A stretch of 54,745 bases of DNA, the filler included, from Sluysia triapertura (taxonomy: Eukaryota): the NCBI GenBank assembly GCA_046118255.1. It is 4 parts of 4 records of this genome, joined end to end, with 100 filler letters (N's around TTAATTAATTAA, not from the genome) between each part and the next. Parts side by side here need not be neighbours in the genome. Positions count along the whole stretch, not along the records: positions 35,501 to 54,745 come from JBJNIA010085359.1; 3 more parts are not named here. One strand, given 5' to 3'. A program made the translations under genes and the position numbers. The first letter of the stretch is position 1. Every line of letters starts with the position of its first letter. Below, piece by piece: positions 52,809 to 54,745 of the stretch. The notes under the pieces are model-generated. The model made no database searches. It saw nothing but the letters and a program-made list of their open reading frames with translations, and was not told the DNA's origin.

Positions 52809-53234
52809 GTACTACTAGTAGTAGTTGTAAGAATAATGACGGCGATAATGATGATGATGTTAGACTTCATAAATAGACATACTAGGATTTCTCGCTTTTA
52901 CACTTTTACACGAAGATGTATAAGTACATAAGTGAGATCAAGAACAATGATCAACACAGTTTATGACAGACTAAATGCATACTGTTAGAACTTAATAGAT
53001 ATTTATTATTAGGCGTAAGAATAATGCTAAATATTTCATATTTATAAAAGTTATAAACAAATTATTTGGATAAAATAATCACCGAGAATTCATTTGGGCT
53101 ATCGAATTTAATTTTATGAACTACTTAAATACAATAAAATATAGATAGAACAAGTCCCATACAGCAAAGGATTGGAAAATGTTTATTTTAGGTCACATTC
53201 TAGTTTATACATGGATGTTTATACTTATATATTC

Positions 53235-53458
53235 GGAATTCGTAGCACGTGATCTTTGCAAACATCAACAGATTCACGGACAAAGTCACATATTGATTTC
53301 TTTGAACTGCTAGCCAATTCTTCAATTGGTACTTTTATTCCACTCAAAGCCCCAGCAATACATTCAAATCCAATACATTATATAATTCATTAATCCCATA
53401 TCAGAAAGATAGTGTAATGAATTTATGGATGATGTCGTAAAAAGCCCATGTAAAACAT
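53235..53458 (-). pseudogene. Coding-like fragment of unknown identity
   Basis: VLHGLFTTSSINSLHYLSDMGLMNY / CIGFECIAGALSGIKVPIEELASSSKKSICDFVRESVDVCKDHVLRIPNI* with one frameshift; raised GC. Confidence 0.25.
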
Positions 53459-54069
53459 AATAAATTATAAGTAGAATGAGAAAATACAAAATCCTCTTTA
53501 ATAATAATAATTATTATTATTATTATTATAGTACTAACCGTTTTTGGTATTTAATTATTTTTGTCAAAGAATAATTTGATTGATTTATAAAACCATTCCA
53601 ATTACTTTTAGTTTTTCGTAATTTCAGTTTTTGTGGTTTGTACCAAGAACTAAATTACATAAAAAATAATGATTATTTTCGAATATGGTTTGCCTGAAAC
53701 TTTCACACTTTTCATTATTATCTAATATTAAAGTTATGAACGGATGGAAAAAAACTCGAATAAATTCAAAATTACCTTTTTTTAAACGTAACTTTTGAAT
53801 AGATTATGATATTAACAGGTGTTTTATAAAACTATAGATAATAAATTAAATTAAATGTAACTATATTGCAAAATTTGTTTGTTATGTCTCAACATCAATA
53901 TTTATTTGAATTGAATATAGTTTACATTAAAAAGTGAAATTTTATCATTATAATAATTGATATCAAAAAATCTTTGCAATTGTTAACAGTCGTTATAACT
54001 TAACAAATGTTACACGTCACAAAATTACAGTTTCGGATTAAAAATAATTTGAATTTTTATAGGTTAATG

Positions 54070-54745
54070 CAGTGTTTCCCAACCTTTTTTGTGCCAAGCC
54101 CCACTTTAACCTTTCTAAAGTTTTTATGCCCCCACCTATATAACATACATAATATTTAATATTTAAAAATTGATTTGTTCACTTAAGAAACATAAATGAA
54201 CTATAAATCACTATCAAATTGTTAACAAAACACAGTAGGTAAAATTTCGAAACATATAATGAAAAACTGAAATTCAAATTCCAAATAATTTTAATAATGA
54301 TTTTTCTATATTAATTTATTATTTTAATTTAGTGAGATCCTTGCGCTTGATGCTTGCTGCAGAGAAATTTTATTTTGGGTTCCAATTAGGTTAGCTTCAG
54401 TCTCAAATCCCCACGTTGTGTTATATCCAGCCGATTTCTTTTTTATCAGTAAATCATTTACAGCACTAAATCCACATTGAGTCAAAAATGAAAATGGAAA
54501 CGGTAGTAATAGTTTTCTTGCGCAGTTGTTTGAATCTGGGTATTTGATTTCCTCACAAAGCCATGCCCTCGCACCTTTTATACTAAATAAAGTTTTAAGT
54601 GAGTCATTTTGATATTCGGCGAGTTATACTTGATACTGCATGTTTTATATTCAGACAAATCCACTAACATTGGCTGCATCATCCATGTTGGGAAATCAAT
54701 TTGTTTTAAATCTAAAAATCTTTCTTTTAAATCGGCCGATAAATT
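54070..54745 (-). mobile_element. hAT Buster/Charlie (SCAND3/ZBED8-like) transposon 3' end; transposase C-terminus ends at 54329
   Basis: TIR CAGTGTTTCCCAACCTTTTTTGTGCC at 54070; DLKERFLDL..FPTWMMQP...LLLPFPFSFLTQCGFSAVNDLL..KRNRLDITQRGDLRLKLT.LEPKIKFLCSKHQAQGSH* with frameshifts/stops. Confidence 0.9.

Overview
Very AT-rich eukaryotic (animal-like) draft scaffold with N-gaps. Three gaps contain an artificial TTAATTAATTAA spacer. There is one clearly intact host gene, ZNF207/BuGZ (minus, 5801-6984, 7 coding exons), whose six introns are only 32-39 nt. That suggests a compacted genome such as an orthonectid/dicyemid-type parasite (inference, not verified). Most of the rest is decayed mobile DNA: hATm-like, Buster/Charlie hAT, Tigger/pogo (x2), DD41D/rosa-like mariner, TTAA MITEs, solo-LTR-like units and an aspartic-protease relic. 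The most striking signal is an unrecognised repeat system. A ~1.1 kb non-coding 'head' starts with TG(T/G)RGTGGYCAAC, continues with a C/A-rich tract and ends in an array of hairpins that show compensatory changes and G-U pairs on one strand only. It occurs five times (starting 13318+, 20617- truncated, 20618+, 27089-, ~35501+). Four of the five copies lead into a different long, intronless, decayed ORF. A second, shorter TGTAGTG-initiated arm family closes some units in a convergent arrangement, and a ~13.8 kb block (13318-27089) consists almost entirely of these units. All alignments and folds were done by eye.
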